Assembly: GCA_039029335.1 (NCBI GenBank)
Contig: JBCCGJ010000002.1
Location: 1 to 56,390, forward strand
Reading direction: 5' to 3'
Length of the DNA stretch: 56,390 nucleotides
From: Actinomycetota bacterium
GTDB taxonomy: Bacteria > Actinomycetota > Acidimicrobiia > Acidimicrobiales > SZUA-35
In this document: piece by piece, positions 35,761 through 44,982 of the stretch
Numbering within the stretch: position 1 is the first letter of the stretch
Layout of the letters: each line of letters begins with the position of its first letter
Translations under genes and position numbers: made by a program
The notes under the pieces: model-generated
Database searches by the model: none
What the model was told of the DNA's origin: nothing
Seen by the model: only the letters and a program-made list of their open reading frames with translations

Positions 35761-37090
35761 GATTCCGGAGTCCGACGACAAGACCACGAGGGCCGAAGAA
35801 GCCCTGCGCATCCTGATGGTCAGCGCCCGGTTCTCCCCGTTCGTCGGTGGGACCGAGATCCACACCGGTCGGGTCGCGTCCGAACTGGCCTCTCGCGGTC
35901 ACCGGGTCACCGTGCTCACCACGGACCTCAACGGTTCGCTGCCCAGGACCGAGGAGATCGACGGCGTCGAAGTGGTCCGGATCCGGGCCTACCCCCGATC
36001 GAGTGATCTCTACTTCGCCCCCAGGATGCGGCAGTGGATTCCGACCAGGCCGTGGGATCTGGTCCACGTCCAGGGCTACCACACGGCCATCGCCCCGCTC
36101 GCCCTGCGGGTCGCCCAGGCCGAAGGCATTCCCACCATGCTCACCTTCCACAGCGGGGGTCACAGCTCACGGCTTCGGAATCTGCTGCGGCCGCTGCAGG
36201 TCGCTCTCCTTCGCCGCTACCTGGTGCGAACCGACGCACTGATCGGCGTCTCGAAGTTCGAGGCGGACCTGTTCAGCAAGCGCATGGGGATCGGGCCGGA
36301 CCGCATCCAGATCATCCCGAACGGCACCGACCGCCCGGTACCGCAGGCCGACGGCTCAGCTGCTGATGCAACAGCAGCGGATGGGCCGACCGCCTCCACC
36401 CTGGCCGACAACCCGCTCACCAGCGGGTTCCACCCGGACGACCGGGTGATCCTCTCGGCCGGTCGCCTGGTTCGATACAAGGGTCATCACCGGATCATCA
36501 AGGCGATGCCGAAGATCCTTGCTGGCGAGCCGCGGGCCAGGCTGCTGATCCTGGGCGAGGGGCCGTACGAAAAGACGCTCCGCCGTCTGGTCGATCGGCT
36601 CGGGATCGAGGATCGGGTGACGTTCGACAGCGTGCCGTCAGCTCACCGGGATCGGCTGGACGACCTGTTTGCGTCCGCATCGGTGGCGGTTGTCCTCAGC
36701 GACTATGAGTCCCACGGCATGGTTGCCCATGAGGCGCTGGATGCCGGGCTGCCGCTGGTGGTCGTCGACCGCAGCGCGCTTGCGGAGATCGCCGCGTCCG
36801 GTTCGGCCAGGGCGGTACCGCCCCGGGCAACCAAGCATGAGGTTGCGGAGATCGTCCTGCGGTGCCTGACCGAGACCGCGGACGCATCATCGACCGTCAC
36901 CCCCATCGGATCGGGCGGTCGTGGTGAGACGTGGTCCCGGATCACCGACCGCATCGAGGCCCTGTATCGCGACACGTTGGCACCCGACCGGGACCGGACG
37001 CGGCGCGGCAAGCAGGACACCGCTCCGGCGTCCGATCAGAATCCGGCCGACGGTCCGGCGACGAACACACCGAACCGCAGCGCGGTCTAA
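35753..37090 (+). CDS. glycosyltransferase family 4
   Basis: LRILMVSARFSPFVGGTEIHTGRVASELASRGHRVTVLT and ESHGMVAHEALDAGLPLVV. Start taken as GTG 35753 (GTGGCTGA overlap); ATG 35815 is also possible. The track start 35588 lies inside the upstream gene. Confidence 0.8.
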   Translation: MAEIPESDDKTTRAEEALRILMVSARFSPFVGGTEIHTGRVASELASRGHRVTVLTTDLNGSLPRTEEIDGVEVVRIRAYPRSSDLYFAPRMRQWIPTRPWDLVHVQGYHTAIAPLALRVAQAEGIPTMLTFHSGGHSSRLRNLLRPLQVALLRRYLVRTDALIGVSKFEADLFSKRMGIGPDRIQIIPNGTDRPVPQADGSAADATAADGPTASTLADNPLTSGFHPDDRVILSAGRLVRYKGHHRIIKAMPKILAGEPRARLLILGEGPYEKTLRRLVDRLGIEDRVTFDSVPSAHRDRLDDLFASASVAVVLSDYESHGMVAHEALDAGLPLVVVDRSALAEIAASGSARAVPPRATKHEVAEIVLRCLTETADASSTVTPIGSGGRGETWSRITDRIEALYRDTLAPDRDRTRRGKQDTAPASDQNPADGPATNTPNRSAV

Positions 37091-37124
37091 GCTGCGAGTC
37101 GGCCAGACCAATCCAGCAGGCAGC

Positions 37125-38349
37125 CATGCGGATCCTGTTCGTAACCGACTTCTATCATCCCTACATCGGCGGGGTGGAGATCCACGTCCGAACGTTGGCT
37201 CATGCGCTGGCCGATCGTGGCCACGACGTGGCGGTAGCCACCCTGCCGACCGCCGGTGACGTGCCCGAACGCACCGAGGACGGCCCGGTGACCGTCTACA
37301 CGGTCGGTCATCTGGCCCAGCAGATCAACGCCCGTTTCTCCCATGCCGACCGACAGTGGGCCCCACCGTTCCCGGACCCGATCGCCATGACCGGCCTGCG
37401 CTCCGTGGTGCGGACTTTTGGCCCCGATGTCATCCACGGCCACGACTGGCTCGGCCGGTCCGTCCAACCGGCGTTGGTCGGTGGCGACGTTCCGCTGGTC
37501 ACCACACTCCACTACTACACCAGGGGCTGCGCAAAGAAGACGATGTGGCGGAACGGTGCGGTGTGCGACGGGCCGGCACTTCGACGGTGCCTCAGCTGCG
37601 CAACCGATCACTACGGGGCTGTCCGGGGTGCTGCGGTGGCGCTCGGGGTTCGGGCCGGAGCCCGACTCGAGGACAGGCGGACCGACCGGTGGATCTCGGT
37701 GTCGGCTGCGACCGAGCGGCTCAGCGGTCTGGCAGACGAGCCGTCGTCCGCGGTGATCTACAACCCGATCCCGTCCGTTCAGGGCCGGCCGGCCACCGAG
37801 ACCCCGCTGCCGGAGGAGTTGTCGGACAGGCCGTTCATGCTCTTTGTCGGCGACATCCGTCCCGAAAAAGGGGTCGCCGTCCTCGCCGACGCCGTCTCCC
37901 TGATGCGGGACCGGGGCGAACAGACGCCGCTGGTCACCGTCGGCGAGCGGATGAGCGCCGAGCTCGCCCTGCCGGACGGCACGTACGAGCTTGGCCCGGT
38001 GCCGAATCCGGTCGTCAAGGCGCTGTGGGCCAGGGCAACGATCGGCATCGTCCCGTCGCTGTGGCCGGAACCGTTCGGACTTGTGGCCATCGAGGCGATG
38101 GAGGCGGGGTGCCCGCTGATCGCCTCGGACGTCGGTGGACTGTCGGAGATCCTCGCCGAAGACCGGGGCACACTCGTCCCCCCGGGTGACCCCGATGCGC
38201 TGGCCAAAGCGATGATCGCGCTCCTGGCCGATGAGGATCGCCGCCGTGACCACGCCGAGCGAGCCCTCCGGTCGATGGACCGATTCTCGGTCGACCGGAT
38301 CGTCGACCAGATCGAGGACACGTACCGCCGGATGGTGGCGGACCGATGA
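37125..38349 (+). CDS. glycosyltransferase family 4
   Basis: From ATG 37125: MRILFVTDFYHPYIGGVEIHVRTLAHALADRGHDV and EPFGLVAIEAMEAGCPLIASDVGG. Confidence 0.85.
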
Positions 38350-39422
38350 CGGACGGAGCTGCGGTGCCCCCGCCCGCCGAGCGGGCGGAACGGACGCCGC
38401 CGGTGGCCTCGATCGTGGTGACCAACTACAACTACGAACGGTTCCTGGCCGATGCGGTCACGTCCGCGGTCGAACAGACGATTCCCTGCCAGGTCGTGGT
38501 GGTCGACGACGGTTCGACGGACGGTTCCGCCGCGGTGCTGGACCGGCTGGCGCAGTCGTTTCCGGAGTTGGTGATCATCCGCAACCGGAACGGCGGTCAG
38601 GCAGCGGCGATGAATGCCGGGTGGTCGGTGGCCACCGGCCCGATCGTCCTGTTCCTGGATGCCGATGACCGTCTGGTCCCGACCGCAGTGGCCCGGATCG
38701 CCGATCGGTTCGACGGCGACGCCGATGTCACCCGCTGCCTGTTCCGGTTGCAGTGGATCGACGCCGACGGTCGGGAGATCGACGGGAGTTTCCCCGCTGC
38801 GGGTCAGCCGTTGCCAACCGGCGATCTCCGGCAGCGGGTGTTGCGCAACCCGGACGACATCCCGTGGCAACCGACAAGCGGCAATGCGTTCCGTCGGTCG
38901 GCGCTTGCCCGGTTCATGCCCATCCCGGAACCGCCGTACCGCATCTCGGCCGACCACTACCTCTCGAACCTGTCCGCCCTGACCGGAGTGGTGGCGGCCA
39001 TCGAGGCGCCGCTCGGCCACTATCGGGTGCACGGGGAGAACGCCGACCACCGGCAGGGGTTCGACCTGACTCGGGCGCGGTCGATCCTGGTGCGGACGGT
39101 CGAGACCCGGTTCCAGCTGATCGCCCACGGCGCCGCGCTCGGTCTGGAGACCCCGTCCGAACCCGACAGCTTCGTGTCTCTGACCAACAGTGCGATGCGC
39201 CTCGCCTCGCTCCGGGGCCGGGCGGCCCAGGGCGGGGGCGGGGGCCACCCGATCGCCGGTGACAATCGATGGTCCCTGATCCGGGCCGGTGTTCAGGCCG
39301 CCGTGAGCCGGGACGATCTGCCGCCCCACCGCCGGGTCATGGCCGCGTCCTGGATCATGGCGCTCGGGATTGCCCCGACGGCCGTTGTGCCGCGGCTGGC
39401 CGCCCTGGGTTTGACCCGCTGA
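38346..39422 (+). CDS. glycosyltransferase family 2 (GT-A)
   Basis: ASIVVTNYNYERFLADAVTSAVEQT...VVVVDDGSTDGS...LDADD. ATGA overlap upstream. Confidence 0.85.
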   Translation: MTDGAAVPPPAERAERTPPVASIVVTNYNYERFLADAVTSAVEQTIPCQVVVVDDGSTDGSAAVLDRLAQSFPELVIIRNRNGGQAAAMNAGWSVATGPIVLFLDADDRLVPTAVARIADRFDGDADVTRCLFRLQWIDADGREIDGSFPAAGQPLPTGDLRQRVLRNPDDIPWQPTSGNAFRRSALARFMPIPEPPYRISADHYLSNLSALTGVVAAIEAPLGHYRVHGENADHRQGFDLTRARSILVRTVETRFQLIAHGAALGLETPSEPDSFVSLTNSAMRLASLRGRAAQGGGGGHPIAGDNRWSLIRAGVQAAVSRDDLPPHRRVMAASWIMALGIAPTAVVPRLAALGLTR

Positions 39423-39444
39423 TGCGGGCGCTCAGGACGCCGAC

Positions 39445-41139
39445 TCAGGTCCAGAAGGTCAGGAGCTCGTCCCGGCGAGCAGCCAGCGTGGTCAGGTAGC
39501 GGGTTGCGCTGCCGGCGTCGCCGGGTGTCCCGTCGGCGGCAGACCGCCGGGCGGCGGTGTACAGGGCTTTTTCGAGCCAGACGTGGGTGGTCACCAGCGG
39601 CACGAACCGCCGATCCAGGTGGAGGCGGGTCAGCGACTCGGCCACGGCATCGGCCGCCGCGGCCTGCGGTCGTCCGGCGATGAACGGGAAGGCGGTGAGC
39701 TCGTCATCGATCGAGGTGCTCTCCATGGCGAGGTGCAGCCAGTACTTGGTGAAGTACAGCTGATCGGCCCCGGCCGGTCCGGGACGGCCCGGTGTCCGCA
39801 GCGGGGTCAGCTCCCAATCGATGATGGTCAACCGATCGCCGTCGTCGTTGACAACAACGTTCCACGGGCCGAGGTCGTAGTGGCGTTGGGCCGTTGGGAA
39901 CGGCACCCCGGCCAGATCGGCCGAACGCTCGGCGAGCGCGGCCTGTAGCGCATCGAGGTTCTCGGCCGGCCCGGTGATGGTCCGATACCGGTCGAACAGG
40001 TCGGTGACGTGTTCGGTGAACAGCTGGTCGGACCACGGCACCGGTTCCGCTGCGGTGGCCAGGGTGAAATCGTCGATGGTCGACAGCACTCGGTGCAACA
40101 TCGGGACCCGACCGTTCGGCACCCGGTTGCCCAGGTCCGACGCGGTCCACCGTCCGGCGTAGCGTTCCCGGGTACCCCGCAGTCGGCCGACCTCGACGGT
40201 CGTCTCGATCTCCGGGAGCAGCCGCTCGGCGTTGGCCGCCCGATCCCCGTGCATCCGCATCCGCAGGTCACCGATGACGTCGGCCTCCGCATCGGCGTTG
40301 CCGTTGTACCGGGGGCGCGGGGAGAGTTTGGTGACGGTCGGCGAGTCGCCAGATTGATGATCGAGGTCGACCAACACCGCCCGGCTGCCCTCGTCGTGGC
40401 CGCTGGTCATGAGGACCGGTGGCGGCTCGGCCCCATCGGAGGTGTTCGGCCGGTGCCCGCCCCGGGACGCGATGACCAGACCGTGCGTTGCGCCGCCGAC
40501 GACGGCCGCCAGCATGGGTATCGATGCCGCCACCGACACCGCGTTGGAGACGGCGGAGATCACCAGCCGATGGCCGAACCGGCGAAGCCGACCGGCGGTG
40601 CCCGCCACCGGCGGTGGGGGTGCCAACAGCCAGCCGATGGCGTCCGATCGATCGAGCGACACATACCGCTTGGCCTCAGCGAGGTTCGGGGTGACCAGAT
40701 AGTGGGCACGTGGTTCGAACCCCGCAGCCCGCAGCGCCCGGATCCGTTCGAGCCGTGATCGCCACCCCCGGTCAAGCTTGACGACGACGGTTGCCGCGTC
40801 GGCCGCAAAGGCCACCGCCGATTCCACCGCCGCACCCGGCCAAACGACCACCAGGTCCGGCGGCGGGAGTTCGGCGGGGATGGTGTTGAGGTCGACCGAG
40901 ACGTGGGCCGCCCAGCCATCGGCGACAAGGGGATGCTCCTCGTTCGATTCCGCGCCCGATTCCGCTCCTGATTCTTGGCCCGATTCCGCGTCCGGCTCCC
41001 GAGTATCGGCCGCGGTGGTGGTTTGCCGCTCGCCGACGAGCAGCACATGGGTGACCGGTTGCGACGACGCGCCGGGCAGCAGAAACCGCCAATCGGCCCG
41101 CCGGCTGAGGCCCCACTGGTCCGATGCGCCCGATGTCAT
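39445..41139 (-). CDS. APH/choline-kinase-fold phosphotransferase with a long N-terminal region of unknown function
   Basis: Catalytic loop HYDLGPWNVVVN (HxDxxxxN) and TIIDWE. Trimmed to ATG 41139 (MTSGASDQW...); the longer track ORF would run into the divergent wzm start region. Confidence 0.7.
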   Translation of the reverse strand: MTSGASDQWGLSRRADWRFLLPGASSQPVTHVLLVGERQTTTAADTREPDAESGQESGAESGAESNEEHPLVADGWAAHVSVDLNTIPAELPPPDLVVVWPGAAVESAVAFAADAATVVVKLDRGWRSRLERIRALRAAGFEPRAHYLVTPNLAEAKRYVSLDRSDAIGWLLAPPPPVAGTAGRLRRFGHRLVISAVSNAVSVAASIPMLAAVVGGATHGLVIASRGGHRPNTSDGAEPPPVLMTSGHDEGSRAVLVDLDHQSGDSPTVTKLSPRPRYNGNADAEADVIGDLRMRMHGDRAANAERLLPEIETTVEVGRLRGTRERYAGRWTASDLGNRVPNGRVPMLHRVLSTIDDFTLATAAEPVPWSDQLFTEHVTDLFDRYRTITGPAENLDALQAALAERSADLAGVPFPTAQRHYDLGPWNVVVNDDGDRLTIIDWELTPLRTPGRPGPAGADQLYFTKYWLHLAMESTSIDDELTAFPFIAGRPQAAAADAVAESLTRLHLDRRFVPLVTTHVWLEKALYTAARRSAADGTPGDAGSATRYLTTLAARRDELLTFWT

Positions 41140-41326
41140 GGTCTCCGAATCTAGCGCCAGGGGTCCGGACACCCTGGGGAATGTCCCCATCGGTCCTGGG
41201 CCCGATTCCCGACAAAGGCATGGCATCCTGGGATACGTGCTTTTGGGAGGAGACGGCGTCGAGTCTGCGGAGCAGTCCGACCCATCCGACGCAACAAACA
41301 GAGGCAACTCGGCGGGGGTCAGCACC

Positions 41327-42130
41327 GTGGTGCTCACCCCGCACCGTTCGCCCGTGCCGTGGCGGGAGCTGTGGGACCGGCGGGAGCTGCAGGGGTTCCT
41401 GGTCTGGCGTGAGCTGAAGGTCCGCTACAAGCAGACCGCCATCGGTGCACTGTGGGCGTTGTTCCAGCCGCTGGTGGCGATGGCCATCTTCTCGGTGATC
41501 TTCGGTCGGCTGGTCGGGGTGGACAGCGGCGGTGTCTCGTATCCGAGCTTCGCCCTGTGTGGCCTGGTGATGTGGATCTTCTACGCCAACGCTCTCGGCC
41601 AGGCCAGCAACAGCCTGGTCGACAACGAGGCGCTGCTCTCCAAGGTCTACTTCCCCCGCCTGATGCTGCCGGTTGCGCCGGTCCTTGCCGGCCTGGTGGA
41701 GATGGCCATCGGCACGATCCTGGTGATGTTGGTGGTCGCAACGGAGCGGAACCCGCTGTCGCTGCGGCTGCTGGCCATCCCGCTGCCGGTGGTGATGATC
41801 GTTGCGTCCGCCATCGGCTTCGGCCTTGTCCTCTCCGCGATGAACGTGCATTTCCGGGACGTGAAATACGCAGTGCCGTTCATGCTCCAGGTGTGGATGT
41901 TCGCATCGCCGATCGTGTACTCGGCGGACACCATCCCCGACGCCTGGCGGCCGGTCTACGCCCTCAACCCGGTCTCCACCGCCGTCTCGATATTCCGCTG
42001 GTCGGTGCTCGGTTCCCCGTTCCCACCGGTTGCCGCGGTGGTCACCTCGCTGATCGTGACGGCCGGTGTCCTGGCCGGTGGGGTCATGATCTTCAACCGG
42101 GCTGAGGGGACCTTCGCCGATGTCGTCTGA
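41327..42130 (+). CDS. wzm: ABC-2 type polysaccharide/teichoic-acid export permease (Wzm/TagG-like)
   Basis: ELWDRRELQGFLVWRELKVRYKQTAIGALWALFQPL is the characteristic Wzm/KpsM N-terminal block, followed by 6 TM segments. Start GTG 41327/41330 was inferred. Confidence 0.8.
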   Translation: MVLTPHRSPVPWRELWDRRELQGFLVWRELKVRYKQTAIGALWALFQPLVAMAIFSVIFGRLVGVDSGGVSYPSFALCGLVMWIFYANALGQASNSLVDNEALLSKVYFPRLMLPVAPVLAGLVEMAIGTILVMLVVATERNPLSLRLLAIPLPVVMIVASAIGFGLVLSAMNVHFRDVKYAVPFMLQVWMFASPIVYSADTIPDAWRPVYALNPVSTAVSIFRWSVLGSPFPPVAAVVTSLIVTAGVLAGGVMIFNRAEGTFADVV

Positions 42131-43514
42131 TCGACCCGGGGGGTCGTCCGCGCCGGCAATCGACGCCCGCTCGGTCTCCAAGCGGTATCTGCTGGGGGAG
42201 CGGGAGCAGTACGGCGCCCTGCGGGACGTGCTTGCGTCCGGGTTCAAGCGGAAGACCAGGGGCGGCCGGGAGGAGCTGTGGGCGCTCCGGGATCTCTCGT
42301 TCACCGTCGACGAGGGTGAGGTCCTCGGGGTCATCGGCCGCAACGGGGCCGGCAAGTCGACCCTGCTGAAGGTGCTGTCCCGCATCACCAGCCCGACCGA
42401 GGGGGAGATCCGGATCCGCGGTCGGATCGGGTCGCTGTTGGAGGTCGGTTCGGGATTCCATCCGGAGTTGACCGGCGTGGAGAACGTGTTCCTCAACGGC
42501 GCCATCCTGGGGATGAGTCGGGCCGAGATCCAACGGAAGCTGGACGAGATCCTGGCGTTCGCCGAGATGGAGCAGTTCGCGTCAACCCCCGTCAAGCACT
42601 ACTCGGTCGGGATGTTCATGCGGTTGGCGTTTGCCGTTGCCGCCCACCTGGAGTCCGAGATCCTGATCGTCGACGAGGTCCTGGCGGTCGGCGACGCCCG
42701 GTTCCAGGAGAAGTGCCTGTCGAAGATGGGCGAGGTCGCCCGGAGTGGCCGTTCCGTCCTGTTTGTCAGCCACAACCTGGAGGCAACGGTCGCCCTGTGT
42801 GACCGGGGCATCCTGCTGGAACGGGGCAAGCTGCTGTTCGACGGGCCGACCGCCGACGCGGTCGAGCAGTACCGGCGGCTGGCCGGGGTCAGCACCCGGT
42901 CCGGGGACGAGATCACGCTCGACGACGAAAAACGACAGGGAACCGGCGAGGCCCGGTTCCAGGCCATCACGATCAATCCGGCTCTACGCAATCCGGCTTC
43001 CGGCAATCCGGCTTCCGGCGATACCGGTCGTCCCGGGACGGACGCAACATCCTCGGCCATCGGCAGTGGTGCACCGCTGGTGCTGGAACTCGGGGTCGAC
43101 GCGCGGGAAGCGGTCGACATCTCGTCGGTCGGTCTGACATTCAGCACCGAGGCGGGTCTGCTACTGCTGAACCTGGACTCCGCAGACGGTGGGGCCGCCC
43201 CGCTCCGTCTGGGACCGGGGGAGACCACGCTGCGGGTCACCATCCCCAGCCTCCGGTTGGCTCCCGGTCGCTACCGGCTCGGGCTTCGGTTGGCCAACCC
43301 GGTCACCACCCGGTTGGGTTCCGGTGCCATTGATCTGCTTGACCCGGCGGTCGTGCTGCAGCTGGACGAGCAGGCCGATCGACCCTCGGGCAGCGATGCC
43401 GATTCCGATCACACCGTGCTGAAACCGTGCACCACCGGTGCCGGACCGCTGATCACCCAGGGGGCGGGCAGTGTGGTGCAGGGGGAGATGACCCTCCAGA
43501 TCCTGGACCGCTGA
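42120..43514 (+). CDS. wzt: polysaccharide ABC transporter ATP-binding protein with C-terminal extension (Wzt/TagH-like)
   Basis: Walker A GRNGAGKSTL, ILIVDEVLAVGD. About 210 extra C-terminal residues with a beta-rich pattern (LRLAPGRYRLGLRLAN), as in Wzt C-terminal glycan-binding domains. 11-nt overlap with wzm. Confidence 0.85.
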   Translation: MSSDRPGGSSAPAIDARSVSKRYLLGEREQYGALRDVLASGFKRKTRGGREELWALRDLSFTVDEGEVLGVIGRNGAGKSTLLKVLSRITSPTEGEIRIRGRIGSLLEVGSGFHPELTGVENVFLNGAILGMSRAEIQRKLDEILAFAEMEQFASTPVKHYSVGMFMRLAFAVAAHLESEILIVDEVLAVGDARFQEKCLSKMGEVARSGRSVLFVSHNLEATVALCDRGILLERGKLLFDGPTADAVEQYRRLAGVSTRSGDEITLDDEKRQGTGEARFQAITINPALRNPASGNPASGDTGRPGTDATSSAIGSGAPLVLELGVDAREAVDISSVGLTFSTEAGLLLLNLDSADGGAAPLRLGPGETTLRVTIPSLRLAPGRYRLGLRLANPVTTRLGSGAIDLLDPAVVLQLDEQADRPSGSDADSDHTVLKPCTTGAGPLITQGAGSVVQGEMTLQILDR

Positions 43515-43518
43515 GCGG

Positions 43519-43533
43519 TGCCCCGCGGGGGCA
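43519..43533. terminator. perfect GC hairpin tgcccc-gcg-ggggca between convergent wzt and lpd
   Basis: 6-bp stem and 3-nt loop, 5 nt after the wzt stop. Confidence 0.45.
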
Positions 43534-43563
43534 TGGCCGGCCGACGAGCGTCCTGCGGCGGGC

Positions 43564-44982
43564 TCAGATGTGGAGCGGGTGACCCAGCGCGCTCAGTGCG
43601 GCCTCGGCGAAGCCTTCGCCGACGGTGGGGTGGGCGTGGATGGTGTCGGCGATGTCCTCCAGCCGGGCCCCCATTTCCACCGCAAGGCCGAACGCTGCGG
43701 CCAGCTCGGCAACACCCTGCCCGACGGCCTGTATCCCGAGCACAAGATGATCCTCGGCGCGGGCCACCACGCGGACGAACCCACTGTCCGCGTTCAGGGT
43801 CATCGATCGGCCGTTTGCCGACAGCGGGAACGTGCCGACCGTGCTGTCGCCGTGGACGTCGGCGGACGCCGCGGCCTCGTCGGGGCTCAGCCCGACCGTG
43901 ACGATCTCGGGGTCGGTGAACACGATGGCCGGGATGGCCACCGGATCGAAGGCCGCCGGGCGACCGGCGATCGCCTCGGCCACCACCTCGCCCTGCTTCA
44001 TCGCCCGGTGGGCCAGCATCGGCTCACCGGTGACGTCGCCGATGGCCCACACATCGCGCATCGACGTCCGACACTGGTCGTCCACGGCCAGGAACGGCCC
44101 GTCCATCGTCAGCCCCAGGTCCTCAAGGCCGAAACCCCGGAGCACGGGCCGCCGTCCGACGGTTACCAGGATCTTGTCGGCGGCGAGCGTCCGCTCCGCG
44201 CCGTCCCGGGTGGTGACCGTCAAACCGTCCGCCGTCACGCCGGTCGCCAGGGTGGCGGTCAGCACCTCAACGTCGAGGGACCGGAGGCTGCGGCCGACCG
44301 GCCGGGTCAGCTCCCGGTCGTAGATCGACAGCACGTCGTCCTCGGCCTCAACGACGGTCACCGAGCTGCCCAGCTTGGCGAACGCCGAGCCGAGCTCCAG
44401 CCCGATGTAACCACCGCCGACCACAACCAGCCGGTCCGGGACCTCGGTCAGGGCCAGGGCCTCGGTCGAGGAAATCACGTCGACGCCGCCGTCCGTCCCG
44501 AAGGGGATATGGGGGAGTGCGGTCGGCGCCGATCCGGTGGCGATGACCAGGTGGTCAGCCCGGATGGTCACGTCCCCGTCCGCCGTGGCGACGACCACGC
44601 GCTTGCCGTCAATGACGGTGCCCGTGCCTTCGATCACCCGGGTGCCCACCTTGGCCAACAGCCCGGCGACCCCCTGGTTGAGCCTGCCGACGATGCCGTC
44701 TTTCCACGCCATCGTCTTTGCCAGGTCGACGGTGGGTTCACCGACCGAGATACCCAGTGGTGCCGCGGTGGCCTGCTGTACCGCAATCGCAAACTCGTCG
44801 GCGGCGTGGATCAGCGCCTTGGACGGGATACACCCGACGTTCAGGCAGGTGCCGCCCATCGGTTGTGGGTCCACTACGACCGCGTCAAGTCCAAGCTGCC
44901 CGGCCCGGATGCCGGCCACGTAGCCGCCGGGTCCACCGCCCAAAATCAGGACACCGGTCTGTTCGGTCCGCTCGGTGCTCAT
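43564..44982 (-). CDS. lpd: dihydrolipoyl dehydrogenase (E3)
   Basis: GGGPGGYVAG FAD motif and redox disulfide GGTCLNVGCIPSK. Trimmed to ATG 44982 (ATGA overlap with the E2 stop). Confidence 0.95.
   Translation of the reverse strand: MSTERTEQTGVLILGGGPGGYVAGIRAGQLGLDAVVVDPQPMGGTCLNVGCIPSKALIHAADEFAIAVQQATAAPLGISVGEPTVDLAKTMAWKDGIVGRLNQGVAGLLAKVGTRVIEGTGTVIDGKRVVVATADGDVTIRADHLVIATGSAPTALPHIPFGTDGGVDVISSTEALALTEVPDRLVVVGGGYIGLELGSAFAKLGSSVTVVEAEDDVLSIYDRELTRPVGRSLRSLDVEVLTATLATGVTADGLTVTTRDGAERTLAADKILVTVGRRPVLRGFGLEDLGLTMDGPFLAVDDQCRTSMRDVWAIGDVTGEPMLAHRAMKQGEVVAEAIAGRPAAFDPVAIPAIVFTDPEIVTVGLSPDEAAASADVHGDSTVGTFPLSANGRSMTLNADSGFVRVVARAEDHLVLGIQAVGQGVAELAAAFGLAVEMGARLEDIADTIHAHPTVGEGFAEAALSALGHPLHI

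Noticed and set aside
40700-40730. GGTTCGAACCCC, resembling a tRNA T-loop
   Set aside because: The flanking bases do not form a T-stem or an acceptor stem, and the site lies inside the kinase coding sequence.
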